Below, piece by piece: positions 51,001 through 63,474 of a stretch of 64,000 nucleotides of DNA (the first letter of the stretch is position 1; the number at the start of each line of letters is the position of its first letter). Source of the DNA: Takakia lepidozioides. Taxonomy: Eukaryota; Plantae; Bryophyta. The notes beneath the pieces were generated by a model, which was not told the origin of the DNA, did not search any database, and saw only the letters and a list, made by a program, of their open reading frames with translations. The stretch spans positions 10,416,001-10,480,000 of the forward strand of contig CM060732.1 in the NCBI GenBank assembly GCA_030704615.1. Reading direction: 5' to 3'. A program made the translations under genes and the position numbers.

Positions 51001-51885
51001 GAGCGCCTGTAAGATAGCGTTAGGGATCATATCTGGTCCAGGGGCCTTTGATTTGGATAGTCCTTTAAGGCAGGAGTCATAGAGATCTAGCGTGAAAATA
51101 TCATGTATGCGGTCTATGGGTACCCCACGTTTGTCTAATGAGAAGCCGTCTAGGTCATGCCATGGGTAATGTTTGACTTTACATAAACAGTTGGGGTGGT
51201 GGTGGTCAGGGTGTGGCAGTTTGCGACAACGGGCGTATAGGAAGCGGATGCTTGGATCCATATTTCTTTGTTGATATCAGTGGGGCTTGTCAAGAAGTGG
51301 CCCAGTCGATGTTTAAGGCAGTCGATTGGTGGATTGAGCGTAGGGTTAAAGATGGCTTTGTGTGCTCTTTTAGGATGGTCATGTAGGAGCTGGCCAAAGG
51401 AGGTAATAAACTTTTTGTGGTTATCGCTAGCTTTTTGTTTGGTTATAAGATATGCGGCTTTCTTTGCGTCCCTTCCTAGCTTGGCGAGGGCAGCAACCCA
51501 GTTCAGGATGGTACTGTGGTCCATAGGAGGGGGCGAGAGGGCTTGGCATACTGGGAGAGAGTTTAGGCAAATAATGCGGGGGTCTCGTCTCCATTCTGTG
51601 TGATGATTGTTGGATGGGGAATTGGGGATGATAGTAAGGGCACGGCGTATGGTATGATGGGTGTTAAGGTGAGAGGTCCGGGCGCGTTTTTGTGAGCGGG
51701 TAAGGTATCCTCTATTTGTTTGGATCGGGTAGTCTGGGGGAGGTCCTGAGGGGCCGAACAAGTTGCCAACACGCTTTTGGTCATTTCTTGGAGGAGGGTT
51801 GTGAGGGTACGCTCGGCCTCGAACCAAGAATCCTCAAGGGATTGCGTCGTATTTGTGTCGGAAAGGGTGTAGGAGAGTTCTCGCT
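48030..51885 (-). mobile_element. LINE ORF2 3' part: RT, chromodomain and PCIF1-like methyltransferase (Dualen/RandI-like lineage suspected)
   Basis: KAPGPDMIPN, PIALANTIYKL, QEGFR, LLYIDF, GDTLSPYLF and YADD (50342-50353). Chromodomain at 48863-49009. YSSPLT...DSIFGA.G...W.GKGFANPP at about 48195-48335. Confidence 0.85.
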
Positions 51886-51887
51886 GC

Positions 51888-54800
51888 CAACATCCTGACA
51901 GCTACGCTTAACGCTACCATGCCACTCCCAGGGTTCCAATCCCCCCACTACCCACCATCTTCCTTCGCCACCACACCAGGTGTATCCCACCCCCAATCTG
52001 CATCTTCACCTACTACACCTCGCTGCCACACTCCAAACACCCCCGATCTACAGTCAGACTCCTTTAACATCACCACTTGGAATGTCGGATCCCTTGCCAC
52101 CAGTATCCAGAGTCTGATCCACCTCCTCACGGACTCCACTCCCCCACACATTATTCTCATCCAAGAAAACTCCTCTTCAAACCAATCTCAGTTTACTCTA
52201 AGCCTACTACACAGGTCTGGTCAGGGTTCATTAAGGTTGAGCTGCTACACCCGGAGGTGGATGGGCTGGCTTTGCTCCGCGGCGACAGGCCTTTCGTCCT
52301 CGAGATGGAGCCTGAGGTCATGCTACAAGGGAAAGGTGAAAAAGCATAGGACCTGCTTGCAACATCCGAGCGGCTTTCCCTCTACTTTACCGACGACATC
52401 CTGCAAGGAACGGTGGGTACCCAACTCGCAATGCACTTTATCACAGAGACTTTCGACCACGGCGACAACTTTGAAATCCACATCTACAAGCCCAACCCCG
52501 AAACTAAATTTGGCTTCATCAATCTAGCAACAGAGGATACGAGCACCCGGATCATGGACTTGGGAGTCAGGATTGATAACGTCCTCATTAAGCCCGAGGT
52601 GCGTATCCAAAAGAAAAGCAGATCCGGGGCAAAGATATCAGACCAAGAAGCCATAGCAATGTGCGATGCCCTCACCATCGTCGTCAAAAATGTAAGCTTG
52701 ATCCACACGCAGGCTGACATCCTGGGAGAACTGTATAGTCTGATTGGCCAAAGCAACATCACTCATTTCTATTTCTGTAAGATGCTCCCTCCCAAAACTG
52801 TGAAGCTCATTGGAATGCTTCATATAACGTGCAAAAATCCTACAATCTACGCCAAGTGGTGCGGAGTGCCCAATATCACCATGCATGGCAGGTATCTCAC
52901 CTTCTCACCCCACCGCCAGAGTCTCCAAGGCATCACGCCACCCTCACAGGTGCTACTGGATAAAATGCTAGTGGACAACATCAACCATGCCCTACTAGAC
53001 ACGGTGGAAACCATTGCAATCCAGCCCGCCCAAAAGCACTCTACCGGACCTGCAGATTGGATGGCCGAAATTGACAAGCGACTAGCTGCACACTCAATTT
53101 CTATCAAGACTGATCTACGCAACGATATCGCCGGCATAGAGACCCGCCTAGTAGAGTCCATTACACAACAACAGACTGAGTACCATACCTACATGGTCTC
53201 CCTTCACCAGTCCATCACTGAAAATCTTGGGCACAATCTAGCTAATTTTTATCATCATGCAGATCTGGTACTTGCAAAATTACCTCAGCTTCCAGGACCC
53301 AGCTCTTCAAGCGACCTGTGCCACACACCAATGACGGGAGCCACGGCAGTACACCTTGGCAACCGACCACCAGTCCAACCTTTTCTCCATGCGGCTCCAG
53401 AGCTCAATGCAGCGTTGCTTCGCCGGGCCTCACAAGTGCGCGCCACTACTGCTGCTGTAGCTTAGGAATAGTTTGATGAATCACTCCTCGGATACATCAC
53501 CAGCGTCCAGCCCACCTCTCTATCTCTCACTGAGTTCCCACCAAATGCTTATGTCTAGTTTCCAACACTCTAGCTCCTCTCGCTCCCTTCCTAATAGTTG
53601 CCTCCCGGCTTCCTGCCTTATGTTACCAGTAGCTCTGTGCTCATCGTGATCTCTCTGCACTATCTGTTACTCTTGTGTACCCCACGGGGCCCTCGCCCTT
53701 CTGCTTCAACCAAGACTCTACTTTTGCGTTATGACTGCACTGCCTCTCTACTCACTTCTCCACACGCTTCTCAACTTGGTTCCAACCCGACTCTACACTC
53801 TTACCTCACCACCCTGTTTCACTGAAGTCCCAACACCCACTCAGGCTGTCCTACTCACAGCCCAAAACTCCCGCTGATCCCTCGATGTCAGCCTGCACGG
53901 GCCCAATATCTGTACTCTTGGCATGACGCCACGTGGCGGCGCACGGAGCCCGCTCCAGCCACCTATCCAGTGCCCGGCACTCCATACCCCCTCACTTTTC
54001 AATTTGAATCATTCACCGAGCAAGTACTTAAGTTATCCGAAAAATCTATCATTTCCAGATTCTATCCCAACGGCTCTAGCTGATCTTATCCCCACCAACA
54101 CATGACATCTGCCCAATCCCACTCCGGGCCCCACGCCTCTTTTCCATACATGCAAATATACCACTGTCGAATAAAAGTCGTCCATCCCACCCAGCGTATA
54201 ATATACGTCCTCTATATAAATCTTAATTCTCATCCAACACTCAATAGTCTACCCCATCATCAATCCATCCTAACCTATACCCTTAGCCACGCCTGAATAA
54301 ACCCCCCACTTATATCAGTGTGCTTCCATTCACACCTACCCCCATAAGGCATACCAACTACACTCCCACACTTCCCCCAGTCCCTAGCCCCATGTTACCT
54401 TCCACTTATACCCGTTGCCTGTCACACCCTCAACCCTCAAGTACGCCACCCACCTTAATAATCTTCCCCATAGCATCCGCCCCTCAACCCCGCCAGCCTA
54501 TTTATATATCACGCACTCATACCATACTTTTTCTCAAACATCTACTATACAGCCCCTGATACTGCACCAGATTTGCAATACCCTCCCCACCAACCCACGA
54601 GACTTATCCACCCCCCACTATTCCCTACCACACCCATGGTGGGAAGGCCACAACCTTATCAATAAGCCCTAACTGGTCACAACCTTATCATTGGAACCAC
54701 CCCAAATATAAACTCACCGCACCTCTATACACATGGACACCTATGCTAACCTATGCCCATATTACCGACACCACTGTCTCCGCTCAATCAACCCGCCAAC

Positions 54801-55764
54801 CGCTCCAAATTTTCCCAATAATCTCCCCACCAAATTACTATGTCATCACTCAGCATACTTATACTTCATCCCAACTGTCATATACAACTCTCATCATTGA
54901 CAAGATACTAGGCCCAACCTATTTCCACTACCCACTATACATCTCCCCTCCCTGCGCCTGGCACACCAGCCCCACCCTAGCTTCTAACAACCATAGCCCC
55001 TTAACTTCACCGTACATCAATCCATCCTACCCTCATAAATTACCCTCTGAACTACCCAGAAAAACCCTCTCATTACTCACAGCCCAAACGGGCGCTCTCT
55101 CTACCACCCCCTAAAATCCAAACACAGCCTCCATCACCCCCCTTCACATGAAACTTATACCTCAACTTACGTATCACACTTACACTGCTCCGATGTGGGG
55201 ACATCCACCCTAACCCCGGGCCACTCACTATTTCCACCATCACGACTCAACTCCCTGCTGATGCACAAGATCGCTATACTTCCAGCCGGACACCCTATCC
55301 TTTATACACCAATACAAACATCTTGCTACCCACTTCGCCCCCTACCTCCCCAAATCACTACCCATCCCCTCCACTCACCTACAAACTGTCCCCCACTACA
55401 TTTCCACCTTTGGCCTCCCAGCCTGCCCATACCCTGCTCTCTCCCACACCCCCCACAAACTTCAAGCCTTTCCACCATACCACCTCCTCTTCTCCCTGAT
55501 TGTCCTCATCTCCCCTTTGCCCCAAGAATGTAATGACTACCTTACGTCCCAACCAGATTCCCAACTCATTTCCCTACTACATCACTTACAAGACCTACCC
55601 ACGCATACCAGCAACTACTTAGCCCCACCACATTGCTTGACTGATCTCCATGCGTCCCTAAACCTGTTACAATCACATCCCGGAGTTATACACAAAATGC
55701 TTGGTGATCATCTAGCGTTTGCACCCACCACTGTCCCAGACATCCCCACTACCATCAACAAATT
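51888..55764 (+). mobile_element. Inverted LINE pieces: APE N-terminus (to about 52167), ORF1 with RRM-like regions and coiled coil (to 53465), then a C-rich spacer
   Basis: NITTWNVGSL...HIILIQE; KFGFINL (RNP1-like), LTIVVKNVS and LRNDIAGIETRLVESITQQQ. Base skew flips at both ends. Confidence 0.7.
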
Positions 55765-58700
55765 CCCGTTTTGGGTAAGGAGTGAGGCTTGAGGTTGGAA
55801 GTGTTTTAGAAATGTGGTGATATTATGTTGGGGTAAAGGTGAGAGGAGACGGGGTTGTGGGTCTTGGGCCTGGATAGGTGGGATGGGAGGGATGGTGGGA
55901 GAGAGACAGATACTGGGTAATGGTCTGAGTTGCATATGCTATTGATATGAATATGGCTTGTAAGGTATGCGGGAATATCATTGGGTGACTTAAGATGGAA
56001 ACCATCTATAAGGCTTAGAGATGAGTAATTAAGGCCGCCTTGCCTCGAATAGTGATAGTCTGAAGGTATGTATCTGAGATGATGGTTATGTATGAAACGG
56101 GCCCAATCTTGGTCAAGAGGGGATGAGGGTTTGTGGACTCTGTTATATGTGTGGCCCGATAGAGCAATGTCCCGGTTGAAGTCGCTAGCCAGTATATAGT
56201 GGTGATGTTGGTGCGCGGGGTGCTTGATTGTGTTAGAGATTGTGTCCAAGATGTCGGGTATCAGGGATAGGTCCTCAGTATGGGATGACATATATAAGTG
56301 GATGAGAGTGATGGGCGTAAGTGCAGGGAGATGCAGCTGGACAATTTGAAGGTGAGATCGGAGAGGGATGGGTACTAGAACTTTGGTGGTGGTGCTGGAA
56401 GAGTGATGGGTGCGGAGGATGCCAAGTGCCACACCACCCCGCGTAGGACAGTATGGGGCGGAGCGACGGTAGAGACATTGTGTGGCTGTCATGGGGGTCC
56501 CATAGAGGAGGTAGTAGGCTGGTAAGAGTTTGTTAATATAGGAGCTGTTGGTGTTGTTTAGTTTAGCGTTGGGTCGCCCTGGCATGAATCACGTCCTTAT
56601 GCAATTCGACATTGGAATCAAAACGAATCATGATATGATAGGGGTTAGCAGGGGGACCAGTATCCTTGTTGATGATTGTACCTGTGGGTAGCTGCGTGAG
56701 ATGAAGAAACTGACCGTCGATACCATCAGGCCGGGTGGATGGGTACAATCTCTGAGGTACTCGTGGAAAGGCTTTTTTGCAATGAATGAGTTCCTCACAC
56801 TCGGAGGGGGGGATGCCCAAGAGAAGCAGCTGCTCCATAGTGCGGGGCTCGGTGATCCGTGGGGCGTTGTTCTCGTAAGCATACATTTCCATGTTCTGAT
56901 ACCCATACCACAGGTGAAAGGCCTTTTTTTGGCTGGTGACTTCCATTTGCTGCTGCTCGTGCTCTTCGCTGTGCTGATTACGAGATTTTTTCGAGTCCGA
57001 GGGAGCTGCCTACACTAACCTCCTGCGAGGGACGCTTGGGGCGTTGGCTTGATGATGTAGGAGTTGCCTTGATCTGGGAATAGGTGTGAGCCTCTAGTAG
57101 CGCGTCCGAGACATCTAACATATGGTGATCGCTGTGTTGAAGCTGACTTGAGGAATTGGTGCTGGGTGGCTTGGGTGGTGCTGGGGAAGAACTGTGGACT
57201 GCTGCGGTGGTGGAGTGCGTGCCAGGAGTAGGCGAGCAAGTCAAATCGATGGGTGTACCTGAATTCGCCACAAACAGTTTCTTCTTGGATGCCATGTTTT
57301 TGGGTCTGGCCTTGGGGGATGTAGAGAAAATTGGGAGAGAGGTCATGGGTGCAGGAAGTGGAGAAATACGGCGATAATGGGCTGTTACGAGTGAGGCTAA
57401 AGTACCCTGAGAGACAGCCCGGAGATATGAGAGGGGGGCAGAGGGGGGAGCAAAGAGCAGAGACGATAGATGTGAAGCCCAAGAGAGCCAGCCGCAAGTG
57501 CAAGACTGATGGAGGAGGCCAGTATTTGTGGCGTTTGGGGTCTGAAGGCAAGTTGGCGGATTTGCTGGCTTGGAGTAAAGCGTTGGCGGCTTGGGGTTGT
57601 CATGAGCGATCAATTCAGGGATGGGGGGGAGAGCCCGGGGATTAATTTTGGCTGCAAATTTACTTAGGGGCTGGCAAAAGGCATGGTGACCAAGTATGGG
57701 GATAGTGTAAGGCATGGCTGTCATACTAGCAGCAGTGGAGGCGATGGTCTGGTGAGAGGGCTGGCCGTGGGAATCAGAAATATGGCAGCATGCTGTCCAG
57801 TGAGAAGCAGCGTGAAGGGGGGCAGGGGCAGATTTTGTCTGGGCCAAGTTATACCAAGTGGGGGGGGAGCTAATTGTGGGGAGCCTGATGCAGCCAGAGC
57901 ATTGAGGAAGGGTGTTTATATGACCATTCATGATGCGTGTTTGTGGACTTGTGTGGGTGGGGCAGTAGTGATGGGAAGTGATGGTAGATCTGTAGAAGAT
58001 TAGGGCTGAGTGAAGAGGGGATGGTGTGTTGTCAAGAAGATTATGCAGGATCCAGTCTGAGAGTAAGGGTGGTGGGTGATGAGTTAGCAGATGGCAACGG
58101 GGAATTTGTGAAGGGTATGTATAGTGTGAGTGTGGATTGTGGGTAATTGTGAAGATGTATATTGGATTGTATGGTTTAACGGAGCTGGACGAGTGGTAGG
58201 GAGAAGTCCAGATTGTGTTGCGTGCACCTTGTGGGGATTGTTTATAGTAAGGGTGGTAAGTTAGTGTGGTTAGTACAATAGAGGGTTGGTATTGCCCTGG
58301 GTGTGAGTATGGAGGTTTGGGGATTGGGTGTTTGTTAATGTATGAAGGATAGGTGGGGGGTGGGTAGGGGTAAGTGTAGGTATTTGTGTGGAGTGGTATG
58401 AGGGAGTGGGCTGGGGACATGGGGAACCATGTCCGTGGGATATGTGGGCATAAAGGTGCATATCGAGTAAACATAGTGACGATGTGAGTAGACATAGTGA
58501 TAATGCGCCGGGGGTGTGATGATGCTAAGATCTGGTTGTGCATGGATTTTGGAGTATTGGTGGGCAGATGTGGGGTAACATATACTTGTGGCAGTTGGAG
58601 AAATAGGGGGAGGTGAAGGGATGGAACGGCAGGTATAGTGTCTAGACCAGAGCTGTGGATGTAGGACCATTCAAAGTATGGGGAAACCCAGTCAAGTATA

Positions 58701-60950
58701 GTGGTGTGGTGGGCGCCAGCCTGACCAATAGTCTGATTGGCATAACAAGCAAGTTGTAGAGTAGTGGGGGCCTCACAAAGTACTGAGTGTGGCATGTACC
58801 CCACTGACTTCTGACTAGGTATTGGTGATGTAGATGGATGGTAGAGACACCATGAAGATGCTGTATGTTGAGAGACACAGGAAAGGTAAGGTGGCAGTTG
58901 CTTGTGATGACAAGTGCCCAGTATGGTGAGGGCAGCCTGTTGGTGCAGGGGCAGGTCGTAGGAGACGTCTTGGCGGAGGGGGACCAGCCCCATGTCTGAC
59001 TGTGAGCTCGGAGGGCAGTGGCCACGCTTGTACGGATGGGTGCTGTCGGGTCTTGGGAGGGAGAACCACTATTAAGGGCCACCCCGGTTGTCAACCCGCC
59101 ACTGTGTACTATACGAGTAAAAAAGAATGTGTGAGTCTGGGTGAGTATGGATTGGATATACAAAAAGTAGTGGGGCAGTAGAGAAGATGGATTAGCGGGT
59201 AGCAGGGGTGGTAGTGGACAAGCAGAGATCTGGCAAGCTCTTACTCTAGTGGGTAGTAGCACGGGTGGGGGAGATGAGATTGGGTGAGGAGTAATAGATC
59301 GGGGGGCAACAAACAGTGGCAAGCGGCAGTGCTGAGGGGGAGGTACATGAGAAGTATAAGGATCAAGAGGGGTTGTGAGGACATAACCGGGGGGAGGCAT
59401 TCAGCAGAGGGTGAGATTTGGGTGTGGTAATCTTCAGCACAAGGGGTGTGGCACAGTCAGGTTGGGAATAAATCTGATAGAGGGCCCTGTGAATAATGAA
59501 CCGAGTGTTGTACAGCAAAGAAGTATTGGGGTAGTACGCATATTGGTATAGAGTATTGGTGTAGTGAACATGGGTGGACCAAGGGGGGTAGAGTACCTGT
59601 GTGGAGCTGGTGAAGCATTGGGTACCTGCGGAGTATAGAAGAGCCAGAGAAGGATGTTGGGTACAAAACATGCTGAATTGAGTGTTGCAATAAGAAGGTA
59701 GGAGGGGGGGGGGGGGGGTAGAGGTCTGTTGTGCACTTGGAGATCACAAAGAGCAGCAGGGGTTGAGTGTGGGCCTGATAGCAGTGCGTTTGAGCTGGCA
59801 GAGATGTGGCTATTGTGGCACTGAAACCAAGCAGGAGTTGGGAGGCCGGAGAAGACATCTGAGTGGTGTGGGGCCAAATGCGTTGGGTACCTGCTGAATC
59901 TGCTGAGCCCACCCCAGCAGGCAACATAGTTAGTGGTGTGGAAGGGATACGAATTGTGTAGTATTGGGGAAAACACCTTTGTATCAATTAAAAGAAATAA
60001 AGTGAATTGAGTATGGAGTGCCAGCATGGGCGTAATGAGGGGGGTGGGGGGGCAGCTCCACCTGTTGTTACTCTGATTCCAATACGTATTGATCCTGTCT
60101 AGAGTACGTTGGGTGGTTTGTGGGGGTAGAAACACATTATCTTGGGATGAGGGATCTGTAGCGAGAGGATGGGTATATAACCGATGACATAGATGGGGAT
60201 CAGTCTTGGGGGCAGGTGACCATGCAGAACTAGGCCGGCTATGGATTATTGGTTTAGGGAGGAGTTGAACACAAACATCCATAACCGTGGTGCCTGCCGG
60301 TAGAGATAGGGGCTATGGCAATAGTGGAGCTAAGCCTGCTAGAAGCAGAGATCGTGAGAGAGTACCAGAAGGTTAAGGCACTTACCTTGAGGGAGTTCGA
60401 GCCATTTCGTCCAGGGCCAGCCGCACTGGCGTAGCATAACCATGCTCTGGCAGGACCCCATAAAGGAAGGAGACAGTATGGGGCCAGTGCAAAATAAAAA
60501 TTATAACACGGGTGGTGGGAAGATTCAAGGTAGAGATACTTACAATAGTGGGGGCAGAGTGATGAGTAGTGAGCAACAAGGGAGAAAAGCGGATCGTGTC
60601 TACCTGGGGTTGCTTACAGGGGAGCCCATTTGAGGTGACGAGTTTGCGCCCTGACGAGGAAGTCCACTTGTGCACTACAAACCTTGGAAAGGGCCCTGTT
60701 GCCCTGAGAGAGATATGGGTACTGGTAGAAAGGGGGGTACCTGTTCCATGTGGTACATGTGGGGTTGTACATAGGTCGAGGAGGTTAGGAACGCTCCGTG
60801 TAGAGCCATAATGTGGAAGATGGGTGTTGATGTAACTGAATGAGAGCCTGCACTAGAAGCATTCGTGTCTTTTCCGAATCGACTGGGTGTCCGCCAACCA
60901 CTCCGGGAACCACTTGGCAGTAAGCGGGACTACTGGAGAGTCGAAACGGA
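55765..60950 (-). mobile_element. LINE 5' part: probable 5' UTR and ORF1 start, long C-rich region, ORF2 N-terminus and APE C-terminal half
   Basis: RGGVALGI, LIHLYM, ILASDFN, SLIDGF and NSDHYPV (55806-56585). Uniform sense-strand C richness. 5' limit is approximate. Confidence 0.65.
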
Positions 60951-60954
60951 CAAT

Positions 60955-61200
60955 GTGGGCCCACGGGGGCATTTCATACGGCGGGCAGAAGTGGGGTCAA
61001 CGACTCCGGAGTCGTAGCGAAAATCCGGGCTATTTAATTAATTACGGAAATACATAAAATTTGAAAAAACGGAAATTCCAAGTGGTTCTAATTACTGCAC
61101 ATGCGACTATAAATTTTCATTCATAATTTGATTAATGGAATAAAGATATTTATTCATTAAAGTGAATATGTAGTCGACTCAACGACTCCATGAACTAGTG
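60955..61200. mobile_element. DNA transposon right end (CACTA-like ...ACTAGTG, or Helitron-like hairpin plus CTAG)
   Basis: Repeated ACGACTCC/GGAGTCG motifs; ends AGTCGACTCAACGACTCCATGAACTAGTG at 61200. Confidence 0.4.
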
Positions 61201-61329
61201 CGCATTGATTGCACCCGAGATTCGGGGCCACATTTGCTGACGTGTGTTTCACAAGAACAGGTAAAGAAAATGTGGCCTTGGGGGAATAGATATTTTAATA
61301 TGTACTACCTCCACCTGGAAGTGACATGG

Positions 61330-63460
61330 AAGGTCCATGGTCCAGCTTGTAGGGTTTGTCGTTCTGAACACCGCCCTGGTGGACATGTATGCTGAATGCA
61401 GGAGCATTGAAGATGCGAAGGTAGTGTTCGACTGTGGCTCAACGAGATGTGGTGTCGTGGAGTGCGATGATCGCATTGGCAACAATGCAAGGATGTATGC
61501 ATGATTTGTGCAGAGGCAGTGATAGTTGAAAGAGCAGGATAGAGTGTGGGTCCAAGAGGGTCGGATTTCAAGCTCCAGATTACCTATGGATCCCTGTGGA
61601 AGGATAGCTACAAGAAACCTCCATGGGTACATGGTTAGCTGGAAGCGGCAGTTGTAGCGGCACAGTTGATAAAATCAGGCACCTCAACCATGACCACAGC
61701 TTCTGGAAGAGGATAAAGAGAGGGAGTCCACAATGCCTCTTCTGGCACTTATGGGCATGTGAAGATGCTTTATGAGGCAGGCAGACTGAAAGAGGCTCTA
61801 CAGATTTTAAAATAGAGGCATTTCAGCAGATGTAGATACGTATGTGTGTCTCTTGCATAAGTGCATCAAGATGAAAGGCCTAGAAGTTGGAAAGCAGGTG
61901 CACACTCACATTGTCCAAAGTGGATTCACGCCGAACGTTTTTCTACTCAACAACCTTGTCAACATGTATGTTAAGGGGAGCATCATGGATGATCACCAAA
62001 TGTTCAACACAGAATGCCTCAACGACCTGTGAGCAAATGCGCGAAGGGGTGAAGCCCAACCACATCGTGTTTGTATGTGTTTGCAATGCATGTGCAAGCC
62101 TGGAAAAGGGGAACGAGGTCCATGGTGACATCGGTCAAAGCTGGAATTGCACCGGATGTCATTCTGAACACTGCCCTGACCTGGACATGTATGCCAAATG
62201 TGGATGCATTGAGGATACAAAAGGAGTTTTCGACACTATGGCTAAATGAGATGTGGTGTTGTGGAGTGCGATGCTTGCAGGGTATGCACAACAGGGACGT
62301 GGGATGGAGGCTTTGGAGACCTATGATCCAATGATGGGGGAGGGGGTGAAGCCCGGCCACTTTGTGTGCATTTGCAATGCTTGTGCAAGCCTGGCAGCCC
62401 TGGACAAGGGCAAAGAGGTGCATGGGGATATCATCAAAGCTGGAATTGTACCAAATGTCATTCTGAACACTGCCCTGGCAGCTCTGGAAAAGGGGAAAGA
62501 GGTCCATGGCGACATCTTCAGAGCTGGAATTGTACCAAATGTCAGTCTGAACCATACCCTGGTGGACATGTATGCGAAATGTGGTGCATCGAGCCTGGAC
62601 GAGGGCAAAGAGGTGCATGGGGTATCATCAAAGCTGGAATTGTACCAAATGTCATTATGAACACTGCCCTGGCGGCTCTGGAAAAAGGGGAAAGAGGTCC
62701 ATGGCGACATCTTCAGAGATAGAATTGTACCAAATGTCATTCTGAACCATATCCTGGTGGACATGTATGCAAAATGTGGGTGCATTGAGCCCTGGACAAG
62801 GGCGAAGCGGTGCATGGGGTATCATCAAAGTGGAATTGTACCAAATGTCATTATGAACACTGCCCTAGCAGCTCTGGAAAAGGGGAAAGACGTCCATGGC
62901 GACATCTTCAGAGCTGGAATTGTACCAAATGTCATTCTAAACCATACCTTGGTGGACATGTTTGCAAAATGTGGGTGCAAAGGGATCTAGGATCTAGGAT
63001 GCAAAGGGAGTGTTCGACACTATGGCTGAACGAGATGTGGTGTCGTGGAGTGCGATGCTTGCAAGGTATGCACGGCAGGGACGTGGGATGGAGGCTTTGG
63101 AGACCTATGAGCAAAGGATGGGGGAAGCACATCATGTTTGTGTGCATTTGCAATGCTCGTGCAAGCCTGGCAGCCCTGGAGACGGGCAAGAAGTGCATGG
63201 GGCTATCCTCAAAGCTGGAATTGTGCCAAATGTCAATCTGAACACTGCCCTAGCAGCTTTGGAATAGGGGAAAGAGGTCCATGGCGACATCTTCAGAGTT
63301 GGAATTGTACCAGATGTCATTCTGAACAATACCCTGGTGAACATGTTTGCAAAATGCGGGTGCATCTAGGATGCAAAGGTAGCTTTGGAGAGCTATGAGC
63401 AAATGATGGGGGAAGCACATCATGTTTGTGTGCATTTGCAATGCTTGTGCAAGCCTGGTA
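61330..63460 (+). pseudogene. PLS-class PPR pseudogene with internal tandem duplications, cut by a MULE
   Basis: Repeated AALEKGKEVHGDIFRAGIVPNVILN..LVDMYAKCG and RDVVSWSAMLA.YA.QGRGMEAL, with frameshifts. Confidence 0.88.
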
Positions 63461-63474
63461 GCCGGCTGGAATTG

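Noticed and set aside
56978-58993. 671-aa ORF as a novel protein
   Set aside because: Its P/H/T/S-rich composition follows from the C-rich strand bias and it has no recognisable motifs. Only the last ~100 codons may be true LINE ORF2 N-terminus.
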